Virus record (IMG/VR): IMGVR_UViG_3300042197_002147
Span: 1 to 64,000 of that record
Direction: 5' to 3' (one strand)
Length of the DNA stretch: 64,000 nucleotides
Source: a virus
The notes under the pieces were generated by a model. That model had not been told where the DNA came from. It worked only from the letters and a program-made list of their open reading frames with translations, and searched no databases. Positions 1 through 8,269 of this stretch are shown piece by piece (the stretch's first letter is position 1; every line of letters begins with the position of its first letter). Both the position numbers and the translations under genes were made by a program.

Positions 1-298
1 AGTTTACTATTTCTGCATCATTAATTGAAAATGTCATACCTTCAACTAAAAGATTCCAAAAATTTTGTAGCTCTTCCTTGCTGGTAGTATTTGATGCGTC
101 TGAAAAATCTATTATAACTTTTGTGTTATTATTGTAAAAAAGAAAATTAGGAGTAGAAACAATCCCTCTATTTGCGCTTATTTTTTCTTCTTTTTCTTTT
201 ACATAATTTAGACCATATAACAAACCAGTTCTAGCTAAAACTAAATTTTTATCTATTTTCTTTTTTAATTTGGAATTAGAATAATTAGAATTAGACAT
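1..298 (-). CDS. Hypothetical protein, partial (runs off window start)
   Basis: ATG at 298-296 immediately after the stop of the 300..1562 ORF; open frame MSNSNYSNSKLKKKIDKNLVLARTGLLYG... to the window edge. Confidence 0.75.
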   Translation of the reverse strand, partial: MSNSNYSNSKLKKKIDKNLVLARTGLLYGLNYVKEKEEKISANRGIVSTPNFLFYNNNTKVIIDFSDASNTTSKEELQNFWNLLVEGMTFSINDAEIVN

Positions 299-299
299 T

Positions 300-1562
300 T
301 TATGATGCTATGAAGTTTACTATTTGTGTTCCTCTGTCTGCTCTTACAAATATTTTACCAACAGCGTCACATTCGATAAATATTGATTCTCCTGCATCTA
401 GAGGATATCCATCGTTTTGTGCTGTTAGTAACGATCTTCCTCCAATAAAAACTGTTGCTGTATTGGTTGATGGGCATTTAATATGAACTCCAACTTTTGT
501 GTTTATTGTTACTGTTGTCAGTGCAACTGGAGTTGTTGTTGCTTCTTTTCTTCCACTAGTAACTGAAGTTGGTCTTGTTATCTCAGTTATTTTGGATTGT
601 ATTGTCCCGTTATTTAATTTATCATTGATTGTAGATATTACATTTGTATTTGTTTTTATAGTTGATAGATTTGAAACTATTGGTTTTGATGAAGACTCCA
701 GTGATTGTATTAAATCTGTGTCATCTATTGTTACTGTATTGTTTACTTGAACAGGTAGATTTGAGGAAGCTGAGACTTCTATTGCTCCACTTGCTAATGT
801 TCCCTGAACAATTACTGGATGGGATGCTGTATTACCAGTACCCCGTATCATTAAACCTACATTTCCATCATTAGTTACTCCAACGCTTGCTGCAATTGTT
901 ACACTAAATGTTACTCCAGAATTTGTAAGAGCAACCTTTAAAGCATCTCCAGAGTATCCTAAAGTTGTTCCATCAGAAGCATAAAGTCTTGTTAGAACTT
1001 TACCACCCAAATCAGAACCATAAACAGCTATACTGTCTGTAGCAGCGGCAAGTCCAATTCCTCCACTTATACCAACATCACCATAAACAGTAACAGAGTC
1101 TGTGGAATAATTCAATCTTCTTCCACCAGTTACACCTATTGCAGTTGCACCGGATATTCCAAATATACCTATTCCAGAATTTGCTATAGAAATTGTTCCA
1201 GTAACTCCTACTGGTTGACCACCGCTTATTCCTTGAATTGCTCCGCTGATTCCAACAAGTGTGGTCGAAAATGTTGTTCCTGCTATTTGCAAGAAACTGC
1301 CACTTGGATTTACTACATTAAAATTACCAGAACCAACCACAGAACCACTTATTGCAACGGTTGCTCCTGTTGCACCATGTATTGTTATTGGTAGAGGATT
1401 TGATGTGCTTACTCTTGTAGTTGTATTTTCATTGCCATAACCAATTTTAAATATTTGAACATGTGCGGCAGTAAAACCAGTTCCGCTTGTTCCATAATCT
1501 GTGGCAATTTCTGCGGTATTGTCGTGAGTTGTTATGAGAATATTGGATCCTGTATCTGGCAT
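300..1562 (-). CDS. Putative virion structural protein (Gly/Thr/Ser-rich, beta-rich)
   Basis: 420 aa ORF with AAGGA RBS; repeated GVTG/GISG/GATG motifs like those in the fibre genes; C-terminal GVHIKC...VFIGG...GYPLDAGESIFIE domain. Confidence 0.6.
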   Translation of the reverse strand: MPDTGSNILITTHDNTAEIATDYGTSGTGFTAAHVQIFKIGYGNENTTTRVSTSNPLPITIHGATGATVAISGSVVGSGNFNVVNPSGSFLQIAGTTFSTTLVGISGAIQGISGGQPVGVTGTISIANSGIGIFGISGATAIGVTGGRRLNYSTDSVTVYGDVGISGGIGLAAATDSIAVYGSDLGGKVLTRLYASDGTTLGYSGDALKVALTNSGVTFSVTIAASVGVTNDGNVGLMIRGTGNTASHPVIVQGTLASGAIEVSASSNLPVQVNNTVTIDDTDLIQSLESSSKPIVSNLSTIKTNTNVISTINDKLNNGTIQSKITEITRPTSVTSGRKEATTTPVALTTVTINTKVGVHIKCPSTNTATVFIGGRSLLTAQNDGYPLDAGESIFIECDAVGKIFVRADRGTQIVNFIAS

Positions 1563-1583
1563 AATTTTTCCTTCTAAACTATA

Positions 1584-1591
1584 TATAAATA
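1584..1591 (+). promoter_or_regulatory. T4-type late promoter motif TATAAATA
   Basis: Exact consensus in the divergent intergenic gap. Confidence 0.45.
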
Positions 1592-1593
1592 GC

Positions 1594-1621
1594 TTTACAA
1601 ACTTTTAAAACAAGGTATACT
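1594..1621 (+). promoter_or_regulatory. Sigma70-like promoter for gp33
   Basis: TTTACA (1594-1599), 16 bp spacer, TATACT (1616-1621); ATG at 1629. Confidence 0.55.
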
Positions 1622-1628
1622 TCGCTAG

Positions 1629-1859
1629 ATGATAACAGAAATAACAAAAGAAGAATTTTCCAAAAAAGTAGAAAATAAAATATCAAATAAAAAAAATGTT
1701 TCCTATATTGATGCTGTCATTTCGGTGTTAGAAGAATTATCACTAGACGCCTCTATAGCACAAAAACTACTTTCACAACCTCTTTTAGAAAAACTTAAAC
1801 AAGAGGGTCAAGAACTAAACATTTTACCAAAAAGTAAAAATGTTTTACCATTCTCTTGA
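1629..1859 (+). CDS. gp33: Late promoter transcription co-activator gp33
   Basis: 76 aa; F..KVE...SYIDAVI...KLLS.PL.EKLK.E..ELN.LP pattern; adjacent to gp32. Confidence 0.88.
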   Translation: MITEITKEEFSKKVENKISNKKNVSYIDAVISVLEELSLDASIAQKLLSQPLLEKLKQEGQELNILPKSKNVLPFS

Positions 1860-1884
1860 CTCTATATTTAGATCATGGTACAAT
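1856..1884 (+). promoter_or_regulatory. Sigma70-like promoter for gp32
   Basis: TTGACT (1856-1861), 17 bp spacer, extended -10 TGgTACAAT (TACAAT 1879-1884). Confidence 0.8.
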
Positions 1885-1889
1885 CTGCT

Positions 1890-1943
1890 GTAATGTGGTG
1901 GGGAGTTCCCACCGTTACTTTTAGTCCGAAGGAGATCTTCGGG
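1890..1943 (+). promoter_or_regulatory. Structured gp32 5' leader with two hairpins
   Basis: GGTGGG/CCCACC stem (1897-1913, extendable to 1890-1918) and CCGAAG/CTTCGG stem (1926-1942), both with GGAG at the loop. Confidence 0.6.
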
Positions 1944-1955
1944 GAAGGATAAGTT

Positions 1956-2855
1956 ATGGGTTCATTTAGCGATTTTAAGAAAAAGTCAAAATCTAGCATC
2001 GACCAGTTGGTTCAAAAGATGCAACAAGACAATACCAAGAACGATTACAAGGATGACCGTTTTTGGCGTCCAAAGCTAGATAATGCAAAAAACGGTTTTG
2101 CAGTAATTCGTTTTCTTCCTGCAATTGAGGGAGAGGACATTCCGTGGGTTAAGTTGTATTCTCATGCTTTTCAAGGACCCGGTGGTTGGTATATTGAAAA
2201 TTGCCTAACCACTCTTGGTCAAAAGGATCCAGTTTCGGAGATGAATACTCAACTCTGGAATAGCGGTCTTGATAGCGATAAGGATCTTGCTCGTCAGCGT
2301 AAGAGGAAACTGAACTACATCTCAAACATTTATGTTGTCAGTGATCCGGCAGAACCCTCGAATGAGGGAAGGGTGTTCCTGTTTAAGTATGGTCAAAAGA
2401 TCTTTGAAAAGATTCAAGAGGCAATGCAACCGGAGTTCAAGGACGAGGATCCACTTGATCCATTTAACTTTTGGAACGGTGCAAACTTCAAACTGAAGAT
2501 TCGTTCCGTTGGTGGTTATGTTAACTATGACAAATCTGAGTTTGATTCCCCCTCTGCTCTGTTGGGTGGAGAGGATGATAAACTAGAAAAGATTTGGAAG
2601 TCTCAGCATGCCCTTAAGAGTTTTGTTGATCCTTCAAACTTCAAGTCTTATGACGAACTGAAGCAGAAGCTTTTTGATGTCCTCAAGGGAGACATTCGTG
2701 GTGGCGGATCTGCACCAACACGAACCGCAGAGGATGTTGATGCAGAGGATCTGAAGGAAAAGAAGCCTTCTATTCGGTCAAAGCCCCCAGTTGAGGAGCA
2801 AGTTGACGAAGAAACAGATGCTCTTGATTACTTCAAGAAGCTTGCTGAAGAATAA
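1956..2855 (+). CDS. gp32: Single-stranded DNA-binding protein gp32
   Basis: DDRFWRP..D...NGFAVIRFLPA, HAFQGPGGWYIENCLTT, FWNGANFKLKIR, acidic tail ending LDYFKKLAEE. Confidence 0.97.
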   Translation: MGSFSDFKKKSKSSIDQLVQKMQQDNTKNDYKDDRFWRPKLDNAKNGFAVIRFLPAIEGEDIPWVKLYSHAFQGPGGWYIENCLTTLGQKDPVSEMNTQLWNSGLDSDKDLARQRKRKLNYISNIYVVSDPAEPSNEGRVFLFKYGQKIFEKIQEAMQPEFKDEDPLDPFNFWNGANFKLKIRSVGGYVNYDKSEFDSPSALLGGEDDKLEKIWKSQHALKSFVDPSNFKSYDELKQKLFDVLKGDIRGGGSAPTRTAEDVDAEDLKEKKPSIRSKPPVEEQVDEETDALDYFKKLAEE

Positions 2856-2872
2856 ATATTAATATTAACCCC

Positions 2873-2925
2873 ACCGGAGATAGCATCTCCGGTCCGACAA
2901 CCCCCGAAAGGGGGTTGTTTCTTTT
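2873..2925 (+). terminator. Intrinsic terminator preceded by a second hairpin, between convergent genes
   Basis: ACCGGAGAT-agc-ATCTCCGGT (2873-2893), then ACAACCCCC-GAAA-GGGGGTTGT (2897-2918) followed by TTCTTTT. Confidence 0.88.
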
Positions 2926-4309
2926 ATACGGTTTTTGATCTCCAATTTGGTAAACTATTAATTTTATTCGTTAATTGTTTTATTCCAATTGTATTTGTTG
3001 TTTTTGAAATTTTTTGCAAAGATTGTTCGACTTCGGAAACAGAACTAACAACACTTCTTGAATTGTTTCTATCAAATTTTGGAATCTCATTTGACATATT
3101 TGCAAATAGTGTTTCTTGGTCTAAATTGTCTTTCATTTTACCATTTTCATTAATTGAATTTATTACAGGTAGCATTGCAATATCGCCAGTTTTTACAAAT
3201 TCTTCAACAGATGATGATATTTTTTCTTTATTAACACTTGATTGAATATCTTTATTATTTTGATTAAAAATTTCTTTTAATTTACTTTGTGGTATTATAA
3301 CCTCTGGTTCCTTTTCACCTATGAGAGATAATGTTGGCTTTTTAACTATTCCACCCTTTTCGAACGCAGGAATAGTGTTTTCTTTATTTCTTATTATATT
3401 GTTTTCAGATCTATTGATTAGCATTGTTCTTATGCTAATATTTTCTGTGTTTAAATTATTTTGATTTACATTTTTAATGTCATCAAGTTTATAGTAAATT
3501 GGTTCTTCAAAGAAAGTAAATTGCGATGAACTTATATTTTCTGTTAAATTTACATTTTTATTTTGTTTTACTTCTGTGTTACTATTTACATTTTGTTTTA
3601 CTTCTGTGTTACTATTTTTGTTGTTTTCGTAAAAATTGTTAATTTCTTCTTTAGGAGATAAAATTTCTGTTTTATTTGTGTTTGTATTGAATGTTATATC
3701 TGTTGTGTTAGTTAAAAAATTATAAGGTTTTTCATAAAAAGTATTATTTAATTTAGTGGTATTGTTTATATTATTTGCTAGTGTTGATGATGAGTTTTTA
3801 TAATTTTCTAGTATTTTGACATATTCTTTTAGATATTCATTTTTTGTATTTTTTACTACATTTTCTTTTGTTATGTTATTTTGAACAATATCTTCTAGAT
3901 GTGGTGACATTACTGTTGTATTTGTATTTCTAAAAATATCATAGTTTATAACAGTCAAAGGTTTTACAAATTCAACTTTGTTCAGTATATCTTCAGAAGT
4001 GTTTAAGTAATTTACTAGGGGTATATTATTTTTTTTTATGTCTAAATTATATGTTTTACCGTTTCCAAGAGATTTTATTGTTTTCTTATAATTTGTTGTT
4101 TTTTTATCATCCGGTAAGACTATGGAAATATTGATATCTTCTGATTTTGGTTGCTTTAGACTAGAAGAACTTTCTTTTTCTTCCGTATTGTTTACGCTGG
4201 GCAAGCTAATAGAATTTGTGTTTATATTAATATTGGAATCCAAAGAAAGACTACTACCAAATAATTTCATTATTTCCTTTTTAAGTTTTGGTAAGTTTTT
4301 TTCTTTCAT
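2924..4309 (-). CDS. Asn-rich tape-measure/baseplate-hub-like protein (gp29 position)
   Basis: 461 aa low-complexity ORF containing PAFEKGGIVKKPTLSLIGEKEPEVIIP, a motif typical of tape-measure C-terminal regions; follows gp26/gp51. Confidence 0.55.
   Translation of the reverse strand: MKEKNLPKLKKEIMKLFGSSLSLDSNININTNSISLPSVNNTEEKESSSSLKQPKSEDINISIVLPDDKKTTNYKKTIKSLGNGKTYNLDIKKNNIPLVNYLNTSEDILNKVEFVKPLTVINYDIFRNTNTTVMSPHLEDIVQNNITKENVVKNTKNEYLKEYVKILENYKNSSSTLANNINNTTKLNNTFYEKPYNFLTNTTDITFNTNTNKTEILSPKEEINNFYENNKNSNTEVKQNVNSNTEVKQNKNVNLTENISSSQFTFFEEPIYYKLDDIKNVNQNNLNTENISIRTMLINRSENNIIRNKENTIPAFEKGGIVKKPTLSLIGEKEPEVIIPQSKLKEIFNQNNKDIQSSVNKEKISSSVEEFVKTGDIAMLPVINSINENGKMKDNLDQETLFANMSNEIPKFDRNNSRSVVSSVSEVEQSLQKISKTTNTIGIKQLTNKINSLPNWRSKTV
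3560..3617. repeat. Tandem 28 bp direct repeat, period 30, encoding NSNTEVKQN twice
   Basis: attttgttttacttctgtgttactattt at 3560-3587 and 3590-3617. Confidence 0.9.
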
Positions 4310-4503
4310 CTCATATTCTTTCTACTATTAATTGCTCTTAGCATATTTTGTTTATTCAGGAGTTTTAGATTCTCGTCTTGTATGTGTTGCCTCAGTGATT
4401 CCACATATATGTCTCTTTCCCACGGTAGTAATGATTCGATTTCAGTTAAACTATAGTGGTATATTTGCATCATTTTGAAATTTAAATCAAAATATGTAGA
4501 CAA
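4306..4503 (-). CDS. gp51: Baseplate hub assembly chaperone gp51, possibly made as a frameshift fusion with gp26
   Basis: LNF.MMQ.YHYSLTEIE.LLPWERDIYV motif; TTG start with no RBS; frame stays open upstream into the end of gp26. Confidence 0.88.
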   Translation of the reverse strand: MSTYFDLNFKMMQIYHYSLTEIESLLPWERDIYVESLRQHIQDENLKLLNKQNMLRAINSRKNMR

Positions 4504-4520
4504 ACTATTGTGGCTGAGGC

Positions 4521-5225
4521 TTATCCGAAAAAATCTCTAATTCCCCTGAGTATTACCTTTCTTTCTACTTTATCACTTGTTGTATATTCGATCTCTTGTT
4601 CTATTCTTGGTATTGTTGCAAAGAAATTAATAATTTTGTCAAATTGTTCTTTTGTCATGTTGTCAACAAATTCTTTTATTTCTTCTTTATCCTTATCTTT
4701 GCAATCTATTCTTTCTTCTGGTGTTTCGATATAGTCAACACAATTTACAGCAAGATCATAAAAGTCCATTAAACTCATATCTGATGTTTCATTTTCTATA
4801 AACATATTCAATGAAGGATATTTCATTGATATGAAAAGTTTGTCATTTAGTTTTATTTTATTTTCGTGATTTTTAAATGTTTTTACTTTTATTTCTTCCA
4901 AATTAATTTTTAATTTGATTCTTTCTTGTGTCTCTGGACATATTAAATAAGGTTCTACTATTTCACCAACAGACTTGGATCTCAATTTTAAGAATAGATA
5001 TTCCAAATCAAAAATAGGCATTTCTCCTGCGTCTTCTATTTCGAAGCAAGACTCTATTAATTCCTTTATGGCCATTAATATTTCTTTTTCTTTTCCCGTT
5101 TCTTGAACCATCAAAAGTATTTTTTCATCTTTTACTAAAAACGGTCTAAACCAAATTTTCTTTTTTGTTGATGGAACTGTTTCTGAATATTTTGGTGTCT
5201 TTGATAATAAATCAATCAATTTCAT
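4521..5225 (-). CDS. gp26: Baseplate hub subunit/chaperone gp26
   Basis: PKY...PST.KKI.FRPFLVKDEKILL, FDLEYLFLKLRSKSVGE, MKYPSL, C-terminal G..DFF. Confidence 0.93.
   Translation of the reverse strand: MKLIDLLSKTPKYSETVPSTKKKIWFRPFLVKDEKILLMVQETGKEKEILMAIKELIESCFEIEDAGEMPIFDLEYLFLKLRSKSVGEIVEPYLICPETQERIKLKINLEEIKVKTFKNHENKIKLNDKLFISMKYPSLNMFIENETSDMSLMDFYDLAVNCVDYIETPEERIDCKDKDKEEIKEFVDNMTKEQFDKIINFFATIPRIEQEIEYTTSDKVERKVILRGIRDFFG
4527..4533 (-). other. Candidate -1 ribosomal slippery site T_TTT_TTC
   Basis: gp26 ends AGA GAT TTT TTC GGA TAA; the -1 frame continues CGG ATA AGC CTC AGC CAC AAT AGT TTG... into gp51. Confidence 0.6.
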
Positions 5226-5242
5226 AATTTACTCCATTGTAA

Positions 5243-5866
5243 TTAAGGTTTTACAAACTCGTAGTCTTTAAATGCAAATATTGCAACAAATGTTGTGTAT
5301 CCTGTTGCTTCGGATGATAATTGCGTTGGTGTTATTGTTAGGGGAAATGCTTCATTTAAAATTATATTTGATGTTTCATCCCCCTTATCTGCGGGTCTTT
5401 CTACACTTTTATTTCCGCCAATTTTTATAGGATTTGTTGTTATTACGACTGTTCCTGTAGAACTATTGAATGCATTGGAATAATCGCTATATGTGTTAGA
5501 AGTTATGGTATTACCGGAACCAACAATCTGGGAAGAACTCTGAGAAGATGGAACTGGTATTATCCTATCCATCCAACTTTCTAAAAACTTTCTTTCTTGC
5601 CAGTCCTCATAAATTATAAAAGACATTGCACATTCGCCATATTCTCTTCTAACTGGTAATTGTAAAATTGGACCCCAAGGTGTATATGGTGCTGTGTTAA
5701 AAGATCTTTGGGGTAAAGTCACAGATTCTGGATAGCATGTCAATTGATTAGATGCATTGTCTTGAATTAAGACTTTGTATCTATTTGGCTGTTGAATTTT
5801 TCTAGCAGCAACGGCGCTTCTAAATTCAGATATTGTTTTTGCAGCTGCGTCTGGTGTTATTGTCAT
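5243..5866 (-). CDS. gp54: Baseplate tail-tube initiator gp54 (gp19-like fold)
   Basis: FR......QPNRY.V, ESVTLP.RS, R.F.E.W.D.I, L.EAFP.TI; position between gp4 and gp26. Confidence 0.72.
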   Translation of the reverse strand: MTITPDAAAKTISEFRSAVAARKIQQPNRYKVLIQDNASNQLTCYPESVTLPQRSFNTAPYTPWGPILQLPVRREYGECAMSFIIYEDWQERKFLESWMDRIIPVPSSQSSSQIVGSGNTITSNTYSDYSNAFNSSTGTVVITTNPIKIGGNKSVERPADKGDETSNIILNEAFPLTITPTQLSSEATGYTTFVAIFAFKDYEFVKP

Positions 5867-5867
5867 T

Positions 5868-6299
5868 TTAGAATAAGTCCTCTTCCGTCAAAATTTTGAA
5901 TACTATTCCGTTATCTTTACAATATTTATTTGCTGCTTCCCATTTTGCTAAATTTGTCACATATGTAATATTTTCCATCAAAATTGTCTTCTTTTGTTTT
6001 TTGTTTTTTTCTGGTTGTTTTGTTTGTTTTTTTGGTTTGATTTCTATCAGCATTGTCTCCACTAAACCATTCTGTGTTTTTGCTTCAATTAGAAAATCTG
6101 GTATATAAAAATGCATTTTGTTGTCTATTGGAGAAAGATAAGGTATTTTTACTGCTTCAAATGACCAACGAACTATATTTGTATTAGAATCTAAATATTT
6201 ACAAAACCTTCTTTCCCACAAGGAACGACATAAAATTGAATTAATATCACCTATATATTTTGTGGGGTTATTCGGTATATATTTAGTTTTATACGGCAT
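5868..6299 (-). CDS. gp4: Head completion nuclease gp4 (PD-(D/E)xK)
   Basis: MPYK.KY.P.NP.KY.GD, RSLWER.FC.YLD, YIPDF, IEIKP.KQT, N.AKWEAA, F.ILTE; start moved to ATG 6299 to avoid overlapping gp48. Confidence 0.93.
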   Translation of the reverse strand: MPYKTKYIPNNPTKYIGDINSILCRSLWERRFCKYLDSNTNIVRWSFEAVKIPYLSPIDNKMHFYIPDFLIEAKTQNGLVETMLIEIKPKKQTKQPEKNKKQKKTILMENITYVTNLAKWEAANKYCKDNGIVFKILTEEDLF

Positions 6300-6322
6300 A
6301 TGTAAATATATAGGGACAAAAA

Positions 6323-7201
6323 ATGGCAATAACAGAGAGTTTATTTTCCTCTAGCAAAAATCATATATTTCCTTCTAGTCAACAAGACAGAGCAAGCATA
6401 CCCCTCTGGTTGAAGTTTTTTTGCTATGAATACTCTGATAATTCTTTATATAGAGCGTTTGCCAATAGTGGCGCTGGTCTTATGCTTAAAAGCGTAATGC
6501 TACCCGCACCGAAGGAGTTCGTAACAAAAACAGACAATGTATATGATACTGGTTTGGTCAAGGATGATAAGTCCACACTGACAACGGCAGATCCCCAATC
6601 AGCAGATTCTTTGAGTGATTTTGCTTTTGCTGGAGGGGCCAGAGCAGTTGCTAGAGGTACAGAGTTTTTGAATTTTCCACAATGGATAGCAGAAACATTG
6701 GATGTTGGTGTCAAAATAGACATGGATATGTCTGATGCCAAATTTAGAGGTGTGAATAAAAGATTATATAATTTTAAAGTAATTCTTGCGGCAAGATCTG
6801 TACAGGATTCAAATCTGGCATCTACTATATGTGACGCATTTGAAGCATATTCTTTACCACAAGCAAGATTTGGTCTGTTTTCTAAGTTTGTTTCACATCC
6901 ACCTCTATGGAAATTTGGAATAGGACCGGCAGGAAATGAACAAATTGATCGCTCTTGGTCTGGTCAACCACAACTTTGTGTTCTAGATCAGATAACGGTA
7001 AGTAAAACTGGTTTTCAAGACAATTATGGTATATCGGATGAGAGTGGAAATATTAAACCAATATGTCAAACAATAAACATGACATTTGTTGAACTAGAAC
7101 CAGCGTTAAGAAAGTTTACTTTTGGTGGTTCTAGCGATATTATTAATCGTTCTTCTTCCTTTTATCAAGTTGGCGGTCTTGGTGCATCAGTAGTAAGGTA
7201 A
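6323..7201 (+). CDS. gp48: Baseplate tail-tube cap gp48
   Basis: FRGV..R.YNF...L.ARS..DS, HPP.W.F, CVL.QITV, INMTFVELEP; upstream of gp53. Confidence 0.8.
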   Translation: MAITESLFSSSKNHIFPSSQQDRASIPLWLKFFCYEYSDNSLYRAFANSGAGLMLKSVMLPAPKEFVTKTDNVYDTGLVKDDKSTLTTADPQSADSLSDFAFAGGARAVARGTEFLNFPQWIAETLDVGVKIDMDMSDAKFRGVNKRLYNFKVILAARSVQDSNLASTICDAFEAYSLPQARFGLFSKFVSHPPLWKFGIGPAGNEQIDRSWSGQPQLCVLDQITVSKTGFQDNYGISDESGNIKPICQTINMTFVELEPALRKFTFGGSSDIINRSSSFYQVGGLGASVVR

Positions 7202-7204
7202 AAT

Positions 7205-8269
7205 ATGGCATATTTTAACTTTTTCCCAACAATAGAATATACATTCAACAACGAAAAAACTTTAGAAATGGTTGATATTTTTAGAAAGGTGTCTTTTACA
7301 CAAAATACACTAAATAATGAATCTATTTTTGACAGTTATTATTTGTCAGACGGTGGATCACCAGAAAAAACATCATTTGATTTGTATGGTTCTAGTGAAT
7401 TTTCTTGGATGCTGTTTGCTTCTAACAGATTTGTAAATCCTCATAAAGAATGGGCAAGAGAATATACATCATTGATATCAGAATTGAATTCAAAATATAA
7501 TGGAAAAACAATATACATCAGCAGAATTCCAAATCTTTTACCCGGAGATGTAATTTTTAAAATAACAAGAGCTGGTTGTTCTGGAAATACATCGCAAGAA
7601 ATTTACACTGGATGTAATTTTAGTTTTGAAAATCCAATACAGACTTACAAAATAATAAAAGAGTGGAATCAAGAATTTCGTTATTTAATATGTGTTGGTG
7701 GTTCAAGTTCCTATGAATTTGCAGTAGGAGACACTTTTGCTGTTTTGAGAAAAAATAGTGCTGGAGAATATAAACCAGTTTTGTTTGGAGATGGTATTGC
7801 GGATACATCACCCGGTACAGATGGTTTTGTAGACATAACAATAAATTCTGAAACATTTTCTATTTTTAGAATAGCAAAAATAGAAGAAGAAAAAAATACA
7901 ATAGTAAAATTTTTGAAAAATAGCATTGTTGTTTCGCCATATAGAAAAGTAAGTACAATGGCTAGTTCTTCCTCTACATTAACTAATTACTACGCAAATA
8001 CCAGTTCAAACATAACAACATATCCGTCAGGAGTTCCATCAACAAGTGCAACAGATTTTGGTGGAACCGTATTAGACTCGTACATGAGGAATGTATTATC
8101 AACAGAAGTGACATATAAAACAAAAATGCAAATAGAAATAGAAAAAAATGAAAAAGCATATAGTATAAAGGCCCTAAAACCAAAATACTTAAGCTCAGTT
8201 ATAGGAATGTTTACAGAAACAATAAATACTAATCAAGGAAGAGTTCTATCTCTTGAACTCAATATATAA
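7205..8269 (+). CDS. gp53: Baseplate wedge subunit gp53 (enlarged)
   Basis: MAYF..FP.I.Y, DIFRKV, LysM-like PE..S.DLYG....W.L...N..VNP..EW, C-terminal E.E.NE....IK.LKP.Y. Confidence 0.88.
   Translation: MAYFNFFPTIEYTFNNEKTLEMVDIFRKVSFTQNTLNNESIFDSYYLSDGGSPEKTSFDLYGSSEFSWMLFASNRFVNPHKEWAREYTSLISELNSKYNGKTIYISRIPNLLPGDVIFKITRAGCSGNTSQEIYTGCNFSFENPIQTYKIIKEWNQEFRYLICVGGSSSYEFAVGDTFAVLRKNSAGEYKPVLFGDGIADTSPGTDGFVDITINSETFSIFRIAKIEEEKNTIVKFLKNSIVVSPYRKVSTMASSSSTLTNYYANTSSNITTYPSGVPSTSATDFGGTVLDSYMRNVLSTEVTYKTKMQIEIEKNEKAYSIKALKPKYLSSVIGMFTETINTNQGRVLSLELNI

Noticed and set aside
5868-6329. gp4 as a TnsA-like transposase or mobile nuclease, and the ORF-track start at 6329
   Set aside because: Sequence and synteny match the T4 head completion protein; the upstream start would overlap the divergent gp48, so ATG 6299 is preferred
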